A DNA stretch of 64,000 nt. Origin: Promethearchaeota archaeon. GTDB lineage: Archaea > Asgardarchaeota > Lokiarchaeia > Sigyniarchaeales > SOKP01. The translations under genes and the position numbers were made by a program. The notes under the pieces were generated by a model, which was given only the letters and a program-made list of their open reading frames with translations, was not told where the DNA came from and made no database searches. The stretch lies in NCBI GenBank assembly GCA_029838195.1, contig JALGVJ010000020.1, forward strand, positions 1 through 64,000, written 5' to 3'. This document shows positions 8,900-19,979 of this stretch, piece by piece. The stretch's first letter is position 1. Every line of letters begins with the position of its first letter.

Positions 8900-10240
8900 T
8901 TGTTGATATATATCATGAATAACAAAATGCTTGAAAATCATAGAATTTTGAAACACTTGTTATTTTTTCCAACCAGATACTTTCCTTCAATATCTGGTGC
9001 TGAATTTTACATGCAACGCATGGCAGAAATCTTTAAACAAGCTCATGCCCTTGAGGTGGACGTCTTAACTTCAAATGCCGTTGATTTCAAAGCTTTACGG
9101 GAACCCACCGGAAAGACCATAACGGAACAGAACAAGTATTTTTTCAAGGTAAATGGAGTTCCAATTACCCGATTTAAAATTGAATATAACAAGACATTTG
9201 AAGATAAAATAAAGGAACTTCGCCAATTCTCAAGTTATCGCTCTTTAGAGATAGAGGACCATCAAATAAGCAAATTTCTAAAGAATGGGCCTTATTTACC
9301 TTTTAATTCCCTTGTAGAACGGATAGGAGATGCTAAACCCGATCTCCTTCATGCTACCTTTTTTCCTTATTTCAATCTAATTCTCGCCCTCATGCTTGGA
9401 AATGAATTTGGTGTTCCAACCACATGCACTCCATTTTTTCATTTTTCTAATCCGAGATATTTAGATGAAGACTTGCTTACTTTACTCAAAAAATTTGATC
9501 TTTTAATTGCATGTACTCATCTTGAAAAAAAAAAGCTAATTTCCCTTCTTAGTATTCCTCAAATGAAAATCAAGGTAATTTCCATGGGCGTAGATCATCA
9601 TTATTTTTCATCAAGTGATTCTAACTTGTCAACATTCCAATTTAAAAAAAAGTATATTAAAAATAAAAAAAAAGTAAAAAAATCGTTCATGGTCTTGTTT
9701 TGCGGGTATAAAAACCATGAGAAAGGTGCAATTTCCATTCTTCACGCCATTCCCTCTATTCTGAAACAAGAGAAAAACGTTTATTTCGTGTTTATCGGCC
9801 CCTCAACCACTGCTTTTAACCGAGAACTTGCGAAATTGAAAATAAATTCCGATGTAAAGGTGATTAATTTTACTCCTGATAATTTAACGGGCTATTATGA
9901 TAAAAAAAAAATTGCCGCCTTCAAAGAATGCGATGTGTACGTGATGCCTAGTAGAAGTGATGCCTTCGGAATTGCATTTTTGGAAGCATGGGCTTCTAAA
10001 AAACCCGTTATTGGTGCTAATATAGGCGCAACTCCAGAAGTGATCAAGGAAAATGTTGATGGTCTCTTGGTTAGATTTGATGATCCTAAAGATATAGCAG
10101 AAAAAATCCTCTTTTTATTAAAAAAGAAACGATTACGGAAGAAAATGGGCATCAAAGGATTTGATAAAGTAAAAAAATATTATACATGGGACATTATAGC
10201 TAAAAAAACCCTTGATGCTTATAGGACACTAATTTCATAA
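8900..10240 (+). CDS. GT4-family glycosyltransferase
   Basis: FP..SGAE, KG, PSRSDAFGIAFLEAWASKKPVIG. Confidence 0.9.
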   Translation: MLIYIMNNKMLENHRILKHLLFFPTRYFPSISGAEFYMQRMAEIFKQAHALEVDVLTSNAVDFKALREPTGKTITEQNKYFFKVNGVPITRFKIEYNKTFEDKIKELRQFSSYRSLEIEDHQISKFLKNGPYLPFNSLVERIGDAKPDLLHATFFPYFNLILALMLGNEFGVPTTCTPFFHFSNPRYLDEDLLTLLKKFDLLIACTHLEKKKLISLLSIPQMKIKVISMGVDHHYFSSSDSNLSTFQFKKKYIKNKKKVKKSFMVLFCGYKNHEKGAISILHAIPSILKQEKNVYFVFIGPSTTAFNRELAKLKINSDVKVINFTPDNLTGYYDKKKIAAFKECDVYVMPSRSDAFGIAFLEAWASKKPVIGANIGATPEVIKENVDGLLVRFDDPKDIAEKILFLLKKKRLRKKMGIKGFDKVKKYYTWDIIAKKTLDAYRTLIS

Positions 10241-10257
10241 ATAAATTAAAGAACATC

Positions 10258-11487
10258 ATGAAAACTCTTGCCGGGAATCCCTATCTCGTGGAAAAAGAAG
10301 GAAATGTGTTCATTGAGTCCGTATCAATTCATGAAATTTTAGAGGAATTTAAACCCCCCTTGTTCATTTTTCTTGAAAATAAAATTCGAGATAACGTTAA
10401 AATATTTAAAGAGGTTTTTACCTCCCATTTTGAGAATAGCGAATTTTTTTATTCCTTTAAAGCAAATTTTCTTCCTGAAATATGTACAATCATTCACTCG
10501 GAACACGTGGGAGCGGAAATAATTGGAGAATTAGAGCTCTCTCTTGCGTTAAAATTAGGCTTTTCCCCCAGCGATATCCTTTTAGGTGGGCCTTATTTGC
10601 CAGATTCTTTAATTTCAAGAGCAATTTCTCTTGGCGTGAAAGAAATTATCGTCCATGATCTTAAAGATTTGAAAAAGATTAATGCTATTGCTCAGCAACA
10701 AGGGCGCGTTCAAGATACATGTATAAGGGTCCATTCAACTAAATATGGGAGTAAATTAGGAATTGAATTAACTCAAAATGCATGTAAAGAGTTACAAGAA
10801 GTCAAGAATAAATTTCAAAACATTCAACTTAAAACCTTGTTATCTCATTTAACTACTCAGATGAATAATATAAATCAATATCGTCAAAACCTCGGAGCCT
10901 TAATTAGCAGTATAAGAAAATTGAATAAAATGGACGTAAAACTTAAAAACTTGAATTTTGGAGGGGGATTTCCCGAGGCTACCGTGATGAAGAGAAATCA
11001 ATTGGAGAAAATTGCATCTTTCATGGAACATGCCCTCCATGAAATGGATCTTGAGGTAGAGCGCGTGTATTTCGAACCTGGAAGATATTTCGTAGGGGAT
11101 GCCGGCATTCTTATCGCTGAAATCATAAAAGTAATGGATGATCGTACCATTTTTATAAATGTTGGAAATCACATCTGCCCTAAATTTGCTAAAGGATCCT
11201 ATCGGTTCTATAATCTTTCTCGCATTAAAGCACCTCACAAGTTTAAAACCTCCATTAATGGTATCGTGCCTACAGATCAAGATATATTGGCAAAAGATTA
11301 TTTTTTCACGAAAGAACTTAAGGAAGGAGATAAGGTTTTAATAACGAATGTAGGCGCGTATACTCTCACCTTCTCTAATCGCTTTCCTTATTCTTTACCT
11401 CTTATTCTCTCGCTTAATAAGACAAGGATCAAAAAGATTTTTGATCCTATAAATAACAAGGATTTCTCCTTACAACATTGGATCTAA
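10258..11487 (+). CDS. Fold-type III PLP decarboxylase (LysA-like, divergent)
   Basis: YSFKAN, SKLGI, FGGGFP, FEPGRY, NVGAY. Confidence 0.8.
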   Translation: MKTLAGNPYLVEKEGNVFIESVSIHEILEEFKPPLFIFLENKIRDNVKIFKEVFTSHFENSEFFYSFKANFLPEICTIIHSEHVGAEIIGELELSLALKLGFSPSDILLGGPYLPDSLISRAISLGVKEIIVHDLKDLKKINAIAQQQGRVQDTCIRVHSTKYGSKLGIELTQNACKELQEVKNKFQNIQLKTLLSHLTTQMNNINQYRQNLGALISSIRKLNKMDVKLKNLNFGGGFPEATVMKRNQLEKIASFMEHALHEMDLEVERVYFEPGRYFVGDAGILIAEIIKVMDDRTIFINVGNHICPKFAKGSYRFYNLSRIKAPHKFKTSINGIVPTDQDILAKDYFFTKELKEGDKVLITNVGAYTLTFSNRFPYSLPLILSLNKTRIKKIFDPINNKDFSLQHWI

Positions 11488-11583
11488 TTAAAATAAATAA
11501 CATGCGGATATTATAAACGTTCTAATTTTTAAAAATTATATTTCAAGCAAGTATTAAACAAAGTTATGAGATTTTAGTTTAAA

Positions 11584-12690
11584 ATGGAAAGAATTATCAA
11601 CAACGCAAGAAACAGAGAGAAACCTCCGCATGTTAGACAAAACATGTATCAAGCAAATATTAAAATTATCGGATGTGGGGGTGCTGGCAATAATACGATA
11701 GATCGTCTCATGAAAATTGGAATTCGAGGAGCAAAGTGTATTGCTATAAATACGGATAATCAACACTTGCAACATGTAAAAGCGGATGAAAAACTATTAA
11801 TTGGAGAGGGGTTGACCAGAGGATTAGGAGCTGGGGGTAATCCTGAAATTGGACGAGCAGCAGCGGAAGAATCACGTGAAAAATTGATGAAATTATTACG
11901 AGATTCTGATTTGGTTTTCATCACTTGCGGCGAGGGAGGAGGAACAGGCACCGGAAGTGCTCCCATCGTGGCAGAAATTGCGAAATATGAAGGAGCTATC
12001 GTGGTTGGAGTCGTGACTCTGCCTTTTGAAACAGAAATTGGACGCCAAAAAATTGCTCAGATTGGATTAAATGAATTGAAAAAATATGCTGACACGCTAG
12101 TCGTAATTGATAATAATCGATTATTGGAAATTGCCCCAGACCTGCCCATTTTAGAGGCGTTTAGCGTTGCCGATGAGGTGTTAGCTACGATGGTAAAAGG
12201 AATTACTGAAACCATTTCCTTACCATCTCTCATCAATTTAGACTTTGCTGATGTCAGGACTATTTTGAGCACGGGAGGTGTTGCCATCGTGGGACTCGGA
12301 GAATCAAGTTCTAGTGAAAATCGAGTGGAAGAGGCCATAAATGATGCGTTGAGCTCTCCTTTACTGGATGTGGAAATTGATGGTGCAAAAGGTGCATTAA
12401 TTCATGTTTGTGGAGGAAATGATATGACCTTAACAGAGGCGAATTCTATTGCGAAAAAAATTTGCGAAAAAATGGCGGTTAATGATTCTATGGTAATATG
12501 GGGGGCTCGCGTTTCGGAAGAATTTAATGGATTTCTTCGAATCATGCTCTTAATTACCGGAATTAAATCTCCACAAGTATTTGGAAGAGAACGCACCAGT
12601 TCTGAATGTATTCAATTTCCTGATAAAAAAATCGAAAAACTTTCCCTATCAGATGAAATATTTGATATAAATGAAATTTCTCATGAATGA
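11584..12690 (+). CDS. ftsZ: Cell division protein FtsZ
   Basis: GCGGAGNN, GLGAGGNP, GGGTGTG, INLDFADV. Confidence 0.97.
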   Translation: MERIINNARNREKPPHVRQNMYQANIKIIGCGGAGNNTIDRLMKIGIRGAKCIAINTDNQHLQHVKADEKLLIGEGLTRGLGAGGNPEIGRAAAEESREKLMKLLRDSDLVFITCGEGGGTGTGSAPIVAEIAKYEGAIVVGVVTLPFETEIGRQKIAQIGLNELKKYADTLVVIDNNRLLEIAPDLPILEAFSVADEVLATMVKGITETISLPSLINLDFADVRTILSTGGVAIVGLGESSSSENRVEEAINDALSSPLLDVEIDGAKGALIHVCGGNDMTLTEANSIAKKICEKMAVNDSMVIWGARVSEEFNGFLRIMLLITGIKSPQVFGRERTSSECIQFPDKKIEKLSLSDEIFDINEISHE

Positions 12691-12803
12691 AGCCTTGCTA
12701 TTATTTTAGCAATTCCCAGGGATTTATTAATTATAAGCCCCTATTTTAAACTAAAAAGAGAGAAACGTGCTGCTAGAATTTATTTTTTTAAAAAACCACG
12801 GTT

Positions 12804-13361
12804 TCAAAATTCGGGTTTGTATAATTTGCGAAATTCTTCTTTTTTCTTTTCGTTATATTTATTTTCTAAGAACTTATATACCACGTGGTGAGGCATTCCA
12901 TTAATCAACATGCTAACCGCTTTTCTTGCGACTTGTAAGCTTTCATAATCTCCTATAATCGCAACTGTTTTGCCATACACGGAGACAAAGGAATCCGTAA
13001 ACCGTTCTATTGCTTTACGCATTTCCCCATTTTTTCCAATAATTCGTCCTTTAATTCTCTTGATCTTTTTTTCTGATTTTCCCAATATGTTAACCAAATT
13101 AAAAATATCCAGATCATAATTTTCCTCCATTAATTTCATGGCTTTTTTCGGATTAAATCCCCTATTAATAGCAGTAATGATCTTTTGAGCAATCAAAACA
13201 TTTAAAGGTTCATAATTCTCGTGTTCTAAGTCCGGAGAAATATTCACCTTTCCATCCTTGCTGGAAATATCAATTTTCACACCCAAAGCTTGCTCGATCT
13301 CCCTTTTAATCTCTCCATTCTTACCGATTACCACAGCAATGCGCGATTTTGAAACTTTCAT
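12804..13361 (-). CDS. KH-domain pre-rRNA processing protein (Dim2/Pno1)
   Basis: Two GxxG KH motifs (IGKNG), AINRGF, GMPHHVVY. Confidence 0.92.
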   Translation of the reverse strand: MKVSKSRIAVVIGKNGEIKREIEQALGVKIDISSKDGKVNISPDLEHENYEPLNVLIAQKIITAINRGFNPKKAMKLMEENYDLDIFNLVNILGKSEKKIKRIKGRIIGKNGEMRKAIERFTDSFVSVYGKTVAIIGDYESLQVARKAVSMLINGMPHHVVYKFLENKYNEKKKEEFRKLYKPEF

Positions 13362-13412
13362 GATTTCATAATTAATAATGTTTTATCCTTAAAGAAATTG
13401 TATTTGTCCTTT

Positions 13413-14237
13413 TCACGCCATCGTGATGACTTCTTGATAAAAGACGGCCGGATCTGGAGTTATGACGTCTATTTTTTTAAAATAATTAAAGATATTTTTA
13501 ATATCCCTTACTAAAAAAACTTCAGCTTTCGGATGATGAATAGAAATTGCTTGAGAAATGTCAATGACATGAGGTTTTTGATTATGGTATAAAATATTAA
13601 ATTCAGAAAGATCACCATGAACTAATCCCGCTTTTTGATATAATTTTTTAATAAAATACAATATTTCTTCAAATATTTCTTCTTTATTGACGGGATTTTC
13701 AATATCTTTTAATTTTGGAGCAGGTGTTTCTCCAAAACCGATATATTCCATAATCAAAATGTTGTTCTTCACGTGATAGGGTTCAGGTACTCTTAATTTC
13801 ACTTTAAAGGCCCGCTTGAGGTTCTTATATTCTTTTTGTGCCCATAAAAAAATTATTTTGGAAACATTGCTCGGAACATGCTTAAATCTCGGATCTCCAA
13901 TAATGTAATTTCGCATCCATTTTGAAGTATTACTATCGATTTTATAAATTTTTATTGCGGCAAGTTTTCCGCTCTCATGAGTTCCTAAATATACATTCGC
14001 CTCCTTACCGGCCGAGATTATTCCTTCAATATTTCTAAGCACGCCTTTTGAAAGAAGCTTGTTTAATTGAAAAATCGTGCGCTCATCAAACACTGATTCC
14101 ACCGCCGCTCGCTTTCGCGACTGATCCGTCCTCTTCATTCGCCGCTTATCAATCCATTTTTTCTCTAAAAGATCAATTTTTTTTGTCAACTGCTTATTTA
14201 TCTCCTGATTAAACTCCTCCTCGTCCTCGTGTCTCAT
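13413..14237 (-). CDS. rio1: RIO1 serine/threonine kinase
   Basis: SAGKEANVY, AIKIY, VHGDLSEFNIL, IDISQ. Confidence 0.95.
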   Translation of the reverse strand: MRHEDEEEFNQEINKQLTKKIDLLEKKWIDKRRMKRTDQSRKRAAVESVFDERTIFQLNKLLSKGVLRNIEGIISAGKEANVYLGTHESGKLAAIKIYKIDSNTSKWMRNYIIGDPRFKHVPSNVSKIIFLWAQKEYKNLKRAFKVKLRVPEPYHVKNNILIMEYIGFGETPAPKLKDIENPVNKEEIFEEILYFIKKLYQKAGLVHGDLSEFNILYHNQKPHVIDISQAISIHHPKAEVFLVRDIKNIFNYFKKIDVITPDPAVFYQEVITMA

Positions 14238-15169
14238 GATGAGCTCTCCGCATGTCTAATAATGTTATATTTCAATTTGAAAAAATCTTCAAAATTTTTT
14301 ACTAGTTTCATTCCTGCCTTGTTCCTTAAAACAATTATTTTTTTTGAGATATTAACTACTACATACTCGTCCGTTCTATCGATAATTACTATGTCTCCCT
14401 TTTGGATGGGGAGGAATTTAAGCAAACTCGTAAGGCGATATAAATTCTTCCCCTTTTGAATATCCCTTCCCACTAATTTTTTTGACCTCTTTAAAAGAAA
14501 ATGATACTGATTCTTTAAAAAAGAGATAATGTGGTTCATCAATTCATTGGAACTTAAATATAGATTGACTCCTCGTTCCTTATCTTCCATTTTAACAATG
14601 TATTGACCATGATCTTGTTTAAATTGTTTCTCTACAAACTGTTGAACTTGATTAATGACCTTGCTCAAAAAAGGAAAATAAGAGGCATCATCCACCCGTA
14701 GTTGAAGTATTGATTTATAATACATGCCACTTCTTAATTTTGTACAATTCTCACACAGATCGTGATGGATTCTCACTCTTAATCGCTCCACGTGTCTCAT
14801 CATTTTATTCGTTTTCAAAGATCCTGCGATTTCAAATTCCAATGAATCAATTCTCTTTTTTGAATTATATTTTATACTATTTTCATCCAAAATAATGTTA
14901 AATTCAAGTCCTTGCTTTTTTACTAGTGATTTTAAAAGATAATCAAATATAGCCTCCTTAATGATGGAGATGAGATCATTTTCAGAGGACGGGTTCCATT
15001 CTTCATGCCTCGCATGATTACCACAGTCCATACAAACCTTTAAATTAAAATTACTGGGAAGCGTGAATAGGGGATGTTCTTTTAAATAGCACTCTAAACA
15101 CGTACTAAAATGGGGTGAAGTATCATCCAAATCCGCACCGCAAATTGAGCAAAATCTTCTCCTTGGCAT
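14234..15169 (-). CDS. NMD3-related large-subunit maturation factor
   Basis: Four CxxC pairs and the YYKSILQLR motif; lies in the RIO1/Dim2/DUF424 cluster. Confidence 0.88.
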   Translation of the reverse strand: MPRRRFCSICGADLDDTSPHFSTCLECYLKEHPLFTLPSNFNLKVCMDCGNHARHEEWNPSSENDLISIIKEAIFDYLLKSLVKKQGLEFNIILDENSIKYNSKKRIDSLEFEIAGSLKTNKMMRHVERLRVRIHHDLCENCTKLRSGMYYKSILQLRVDDASYFPFLSKVINQVQQFVEKQFKQDHGQYIVKMEDKERGVNLYLSSNELMNHIISFLKNQYHFLLKRSKKLVGRDIQKGKNLYRLTSLLKFLPIQKGDIVIIDRTDEYVVVNISKKIIVLRNKAGMKLVKNFEDFFKLKYNIIRHAESSS

Positions 15170-15180
15170 GTTCCCTCGTT

Positions 15181-15501
15181 TTAAAAAATCATTTTCATTG
15201 CCATGGGAACTCCATTTATTACTCGAACACCTTCTCTTGAAATTATTTTATGTTCAATAGCTTGTTGTATGACATTTTCTCCCACGATGTTAAAAAATGA
15301 AGCATTTTTAAGAATTTCAATGGCTTCTTTCATGGTCATCAACTCGCCCCCAAAAAATGAAGAAGAAATTTCTATTTTCAAGGTGCCTTCAATGAAAATT
15401 TGATCCAATAAATTTTCATCACAGCACGCTACGGTTTCAATCTCATTCCTATAATGGATTTTAATGTAAACTTTCATGAAAAGTGTTTTACTTTTTACCA
15501 A
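15181..15501 (-). CDS. DUF424 family protein
   Basis: VACCDENLL, FFGG, NIVGENVI, INGVP. Confidence 0.88.
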   Translation of the reverse strand: MVKSKTLFMKVYIKIHYRNEIETVACCDENLLDQIFIEGTLKIEISSSFFGGELMTMKEAIEILKNASFFNIVGENVIQQAIEHKIISREGVRVINGVPMAMKMIF

Positions 15502-15520
15502 TATATATTAGGATCGATCA

Positions 15521-15940
15521 TTAACTCTCAGTAATTTCCGCTCGATTTCCGCATGCCGTGCAGGTTAAATATTGTTTCTTTCCTTCTTTTGAAAGGAGCG
15601 TATCGGGCCGGTTGCAAATCTTGCAAAGAACATAAGTTTTCGTGTAATCTTCTAATAATCTATTTAACACCTCAGGCTTGTATTTCCCCTTCATGAACAG
15701 CATTTGCCCTCGAATTTCTCCCATAGTCCCTACCTTTTTTAAAAAAACACCTAAAAAATGTCTCTCATTTCTGTTTAACACGTTAATTATCTTGCTAAAA
15801 TTCGTAATAAACGTGTTTTTCCCTTCATATCGCAATTCCACCTTGGGAATCTCAAATCTATCCATCCTCTTCACGTTTTCAGGCACTTCATCATACGCTT
15901 TCTCTAAAAGCTTCTCATAATCGTATATATCCATGGTCAT
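15521..15940 (-). CDS. eif2b: Translation initiation factor aIF-2 beta
   Basis: YEKLLEKAY, RFEIP, TFITNF, YVLCKICNRPDT...CTACG; start reassigned to ATG at 15940 or 15934. Confidence 0.93.
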   Translation of the reverse strand: MTMDIYDYEKLLEKAYDEVPENVKRMDRFEIPKVELRYEGKNTFITNFSKIINVLNRNERHFLGVFLKKVGTMGEIRGQMLFMKGKYKPEVLNRLLEDYTKTYVLCKICNRPDTLLSKEGKKQYLTCTACGNRAEITES

Positions 15941-16134
15941 TCCCGTAAATTTATACTTTCCTTGATTGTATAAAGTATTATAATGAAAAAAGATTTTCGT
16001 ATTAAAATATAAAAATTCCACGGTTTTTCCTAATCTCCAAATCACCTAACTCTCCATTAACAAGGATTCCACAACACCAAACTTCAAGAAGGAAAGGATT
16101 CGCCTACCATTCAAAATCATCCAAGTGTTAAATT

Positions 16135-16923
16135 TTAAAATGATTCAAAAAGATCCTTTTTTGTTTGATAAATAACGCCCTTGATCTCTAAATCTTGAAC
16201 GTGTTTTCTTAATTCATTTTCTGGTATATCAAAAATCTCCAATAGCTCATCAAAATGGATACCCTCTCCCTCTTCCGTCGATTTCTTAATAATTTTGATA
16301 AGTCCATGTTGTATATCTTCTTCCTCCTTATCGCCCTCGCTCTCTTCCCCTCCCTCTTCGAATAACTCATCCATGTTTAATTCGCTTGTCTTTCCCTCTT
16401 CCTCTCCGGCAAATACTTCTTCCAGCTCCTCAGCCTTGGGAATCTCAAAAACCTCTCCTGTTTTCAACCTCTTCACGATCTCCGCATCTCTTAACAAGAC
16501 TTTATTCGGATTCTCCACCTTTCTAATGAAATCGGGACGAATGGAGATAAACCCCTGATAATTTTGAATAATCCCGACAACATCCACAATATTGCCAATT
16601 TGAAACTCGTCATACTCCTCTGGATTCACCCGCCATGCATTCGCTCGAATCCTCCCCGTTCCATCTTCTAATTCAAACACGATATTGTGCGTACCCATTG
16701 TCATGCCCTCTCCAACCTCATCTTCCGTCTCCTTCCGAAGAATTTCCCTCTTATCATGTATTGTAGCCATAATACGGACCCTTTTCACCAAACCAAAAAT
16801 GGTATATAACGCATTTTTTTCTGCACTGAATGTCCCCTCCAAGAGATGCTGTATCCAACACGTTACCGCCGGAAATCTTTTAAACACTTGCGATTCATTC
16901 ATCATATCTCTAAAATCTATCAC
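16135..16923 (-). CDS. RPA32/RPA2-like ssDNA-binding protein (OB fold, acidic linker, winged helix)
   Basis: RVRIMAT, FELEDGTGRI, IVDVVG; C-terminal GIHFDEL...LEIKGVIYQ. Confidence 0.8.
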   Translation of the reverse strand: MIDFRDMMNESQVFKRFPAVTCWIQHLLEGTFSAEKNALYTIFGLVKRVRIMATIHDKREILRKETEDEVGEGMTMGTHNIVFELEDGTGRIRANAWRVNPEEYDEFQIGNIVDVVGIIQNYQGFISIRPDFIRKVENPNKVLLRDAEIVKRLKTGEVFEIPKAEELEEVFAGEEEGKTSELNMDELFEEGGEESEGDKEEEDIQHGLIKIIKKSTEEGEGIHFDELLEIFDIPENELRKHVQDLEIKGVIYQTKKDLFESF

Positions 16924-17039
16924 GTGTAAATAATTTTAACTCCCTTTCTATTAATCAGTAATTAAACATAAATAGATTTTTTTAAAAAAATAGCGCCGCT
17001 CGGACTTAATATCGTCACATATTAATTAAAAAATAAGAA

Positions 17040-17118
17040 TGGTAGCGGGGCGTCGATTTGAACGACGGATCTCAGGGTTATGAGCCCTGCGGCATAAACC
17101 AGGCTAGCCCACCCCGCT
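17040..17118 (-). tRNA. Initiator tRNA-Met(CAT), CCA encoded
   Basis: AGCGGGG acceptor (A1-U72), GGG/CCC anticodon stem, CTCATAA loop. Confidence 0.95.
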
Positions 17119-17319
17119 ATGACTCGAAACGTGCGGATGAGATAAGAAACAATTGATGTTTTTATAATTTCACTCCGCTTGATTATTATTACTAGATAAA
17201 TTATGATCCTATAAAATTAATCTTGGAAAATAAATTTTTTGGGAACGAGTAAAACAAAAGGGGTATTAGATTAAAGGGAAAAACTTTATAGATAATAGAA
17301 GTTTTTTTCCAATATTAAG

Positions 17320-18915
17320 ATGATTTTTAGCGACTTTTTAACTGGATTTATATTAAATCCTTGGTTCGTATTATCGTTAATATTTTGGTTAATCATGGGG
17401 ATATTGGCGTATTCTTTGAGGAAGAAAAAAGACGTCATGTATGTTTTTTTCCCTTTATTAGCCATGATTAAGACAAGAAAGTTAAATAAGTTCATTAAAC
17501 GGCTTTCAAGGAGGTTTCCGAGATTCTGGCGCGTGTTTTGGACGGTTGGGATATTCGTGAGTTTTGGTTTCATGATATTTGCGTATTATTTTTTTATCGT
17601 GAATTTAATCAATTTAATTTTGAATCCTTCGATTGAGAATGTGGTCACGCCTTTAATTCCTGGCGTGACAATTGGATTACCAGTTTTTGCCTATTTAATA
17701 ATTCCTTTATTATTCATCATGACGACTCATGAGCTTGCGCATGGAATCGCTGCGAGTTCTGATGGTGTGGAGATTAAATCGACGGGGATATTAGGGGCAG
17801 GGCTTTTTTATTTAATTGGTTTTGGTGCTTTTGTAGAAGTGGACGAGCGAGAATTGAATTCGACCAAATATTCAAGAGGCACGCGCTTGCGGATTGCGAG
17901 TGCGGGAGCGTTCATCAATGCATTGACCATCTTATTAGCGATAATATTGATGACGTCCTTTCCATTAATGATCGATCCCTTTTACGGCAAGCAAGTGACA
18001 CAAGTAGAACATGTATTAACGCCTGAAGAGGGGGGTTATAATTACGGTAATATTTCCGTGGGCGATGTTATCGTGGCATTAAAAAAGAAAGGCTCTGCTG
18101 GTGATTTTGTGTATTTGGATGGGGAAAATGGCATTACACTTAATTATATTCTTGGAAATAATCATGAGGCAATTAAATTTTCGGTTGGCGATGAGGTAAT
18201 CTTAAAGATTTACATTCCGAGTGAAGATCTATTTTGTGAAAAGGAGATCATCTTGGGACCGTTATATGACGAAAATAATAAGATCGTTGGGGTGTTTATA
18301 GGGATTCAAACGAGTCCATATTACATGCCTTTAAATTTCTTGGCAAAAATATTCACGGGAAAGTGGCCTATTTTTTTGTTCACGGAATTCGTATGGTTAT
18401 GGGTAATTGCATTTAGCGTGACCATTTTTAATTTAGTAGGGCTTCCCGTTTTTGATGGTGATCGCATGATAAAAGAGATTATGAAATGGTTCATTGGAAG
18501 CAAATATGAGGGGATAAAAAAGAAAAAAGATCAATTATCATATAGTAAGGACTCAAAATTTTATTATCTATCTGAAACACGCGTATCGGAAATTGAGTAC
18601 GTGAAGATTTTCCTTTCTTCGAAGGGGCTGAAAAAAAACCAATATTCAGATGCCTTGATCTTGAATGAAAATTATTACCGGTTGGTTGATATAATCGGAG
18701 ATGGATTTAAGAGTGCCTTGGAATTGACCTTGCCGGAAACGGCTTCCATAGAGGAAAATGCTCTAATGGAAGTGGGATATACATATTGGCACGATGAGAA
18801 TAAAGGAAAGCGGCAAATTATCCTAAATGCGATTAGATTTATCACGTTATTTCTTATAATAGGAAATTTTCTTCTCTCTTATCTTAAATTCGGTATGATT
18901 ACCTTTTGGATTTGA
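17320..18915 (+). CDS. Site-2 protease (M50) membrane metalloprotease
   Basis: HELAH, GAFVEVDE, RIASAG, NLVGLPVFDG; multiple TM helices. Confidence 0.92.
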   Translation: MIFSDFLTGFILNPWFVLSLIFWLIMGILAYSLRKKKDVMYVFFPLLAMIKTRKLNKFIKRLSRRFPRFWRVFWTVGIFVSFGFMIFAYYFFIVNLINLILNPSIENVVTPLIPGVTIGLPVFAYLIIPLLFIMTTHELAHGIAASSDGVEIKSTGILGAGLFYLIGFGAFVEVDERELNSTKYSRGTRLRIASAGAFINALTILLAIILMTSFPLMIDPFYGKQVTQVEHVLTPEEGGYNYGNISVGDVIVALKKKGSAGDFVYLDGENGITLNYILGNNHEAIKFSVGDEVILKIYIPSEDLFCEKEIILGPLYDENNKIVGVFIGIQTSPYYMPLNFLAKIFTGKWPIFLFTEFVWLWVIAFSVTIFNLVGLPVFDGDRMIKEIMKWFIGSKYEGIKKKKDQLSYSKDSKFYYLSETRVSEIEYVKIFLSSKGLKKNQYSDALILNENYYRLVDIIGDGFKSALELTLPETASIEENALMEVGYTYWHDENKGKRQIILNAIRFITLFLIIGNFLLSYLKFGMITFWI

Positions 18916-18965
18916 GTTAAATTTAATAATCCTTTTAATTTTAATTTAAATACCACCACGCTTGC

Positions 18966-19979
18966 GTGATCATCATCGCTTTTAATCAACCCTTTTTTAT
19001 TGATGGAACGTGTATTCGTTGTAGTAAAAACACTAAAGTCGTGAATATAAGATACGCTGGAATCTCCTTATGCGACCGATGTTTTGAAGAATACATTGAA
19101 CGGAAAATATACAAGACTATTTCCAAGTATAAACTAATTTCTGTAAAAGATCGCGTGGTCGTGGCTCTTTCCGGAGGAAAAGATTCCCTTTCCTTGTTGT
19201 ATAACTTGATTAAATATCAAGAAAGACGATATCGACCGGAACCCTTGATTGCTCTCACGATTAACGAAGGAATTGGGAATTATAGAGAAAAGGGCATTAA
19301 ATTCGCCGAAAAAATGTGTAAGGCCCATGGAATCGAGCACGTGATTGTTAGTTTTAAAGAAAAAGTGGGAATGAGTTTAGATGAAATCGTTCATCTTAAG
19401 AAACAATCGGCCCGTTATAAATATGCGTGTAACTACTGTGCTCTCCTCAAGCGAAGAATATTGAATGAAGAGGCGAAACGCTTAAATGCGGACGTGATCG
19501 CTAAAGGACATAATCTCACGGATATTGCCGAAACTTTTCTAATGAATATCTTGTTCAAACGAATACACCTCATCGGAAGCCAGTATCCTTTTAAAATGAC
19601 AGAAAATCGCATGCAAGCATATTTCGTTAAAAAAATTTGGCCTTTAATGGAAATTCCCGAAGATGAGATTTATGTTTATGCTCTCATTAAAAAATTTCCC
19701 TTTTTGGACGAATTATGTCCTAACCGAGTAAAAGAACCCATCGTGAGAAAAAGGGTATTTCATTTCATTCAAGATTTTAAAAAATTTAGCCCTGAAATAG
19801 AATTTAACTTGTACCAAGGATTTCTTCAATTATCAAAATTGCTCCATAAAACGACACCTTTAATGCCATATTCCCATTGTAGTCAATGTGGATATCCCGT
19901 TAAAAAGGAAAAATTATGTAGTTATTGTAATTTTTTAAAGGAATTGGAGGAATCGTCTCAAGAACGAGAAAAACCTTAA
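18966..19979 (+). CDS. tRNA 2-thiolation protein (NcsA/Ctu1/TtuA family)
   Basis: SGGKDS PP-loop, CNYC, GHNLTD, N- and C-terminal Zn fingers. Confidence 0.9.
   Translation: MIIIAFNQPFFIDGTCIRCSKNTKVVNIRYAGISLCDRCFEEYIERKIYKTISKYKLISVKDRVVVALSGGKDSLSLLYNLIKYQERRYRPEPLIALTINEGIGNYREKGIKFAEKMCKAHGIEHVIVSFKEKVGMSLDEIVHLKKQSARYKYACNYCALLKRRILNEEAKRLNADVIAKGHNLTDIAETFLMNILFKRIHLIGSQYPFKMTENRMQAYFVKKIWPLMEIPEDEIYVYALIKKFPFLDELCPNRVKEPIVRKRVFHFIQDFKKFSPEIEFNLYQGFLQLSKLLHKTTPLMPYSHCSQCGYPVKKEKLCSYCNFLKELEESSQEREKP

Noticed and set aside
15941-16045. N-terminal extension of aIF-2 beta
   Set aside because: It covers AT-rich promoter-like DNA; homology starts at MTMDIYDY.
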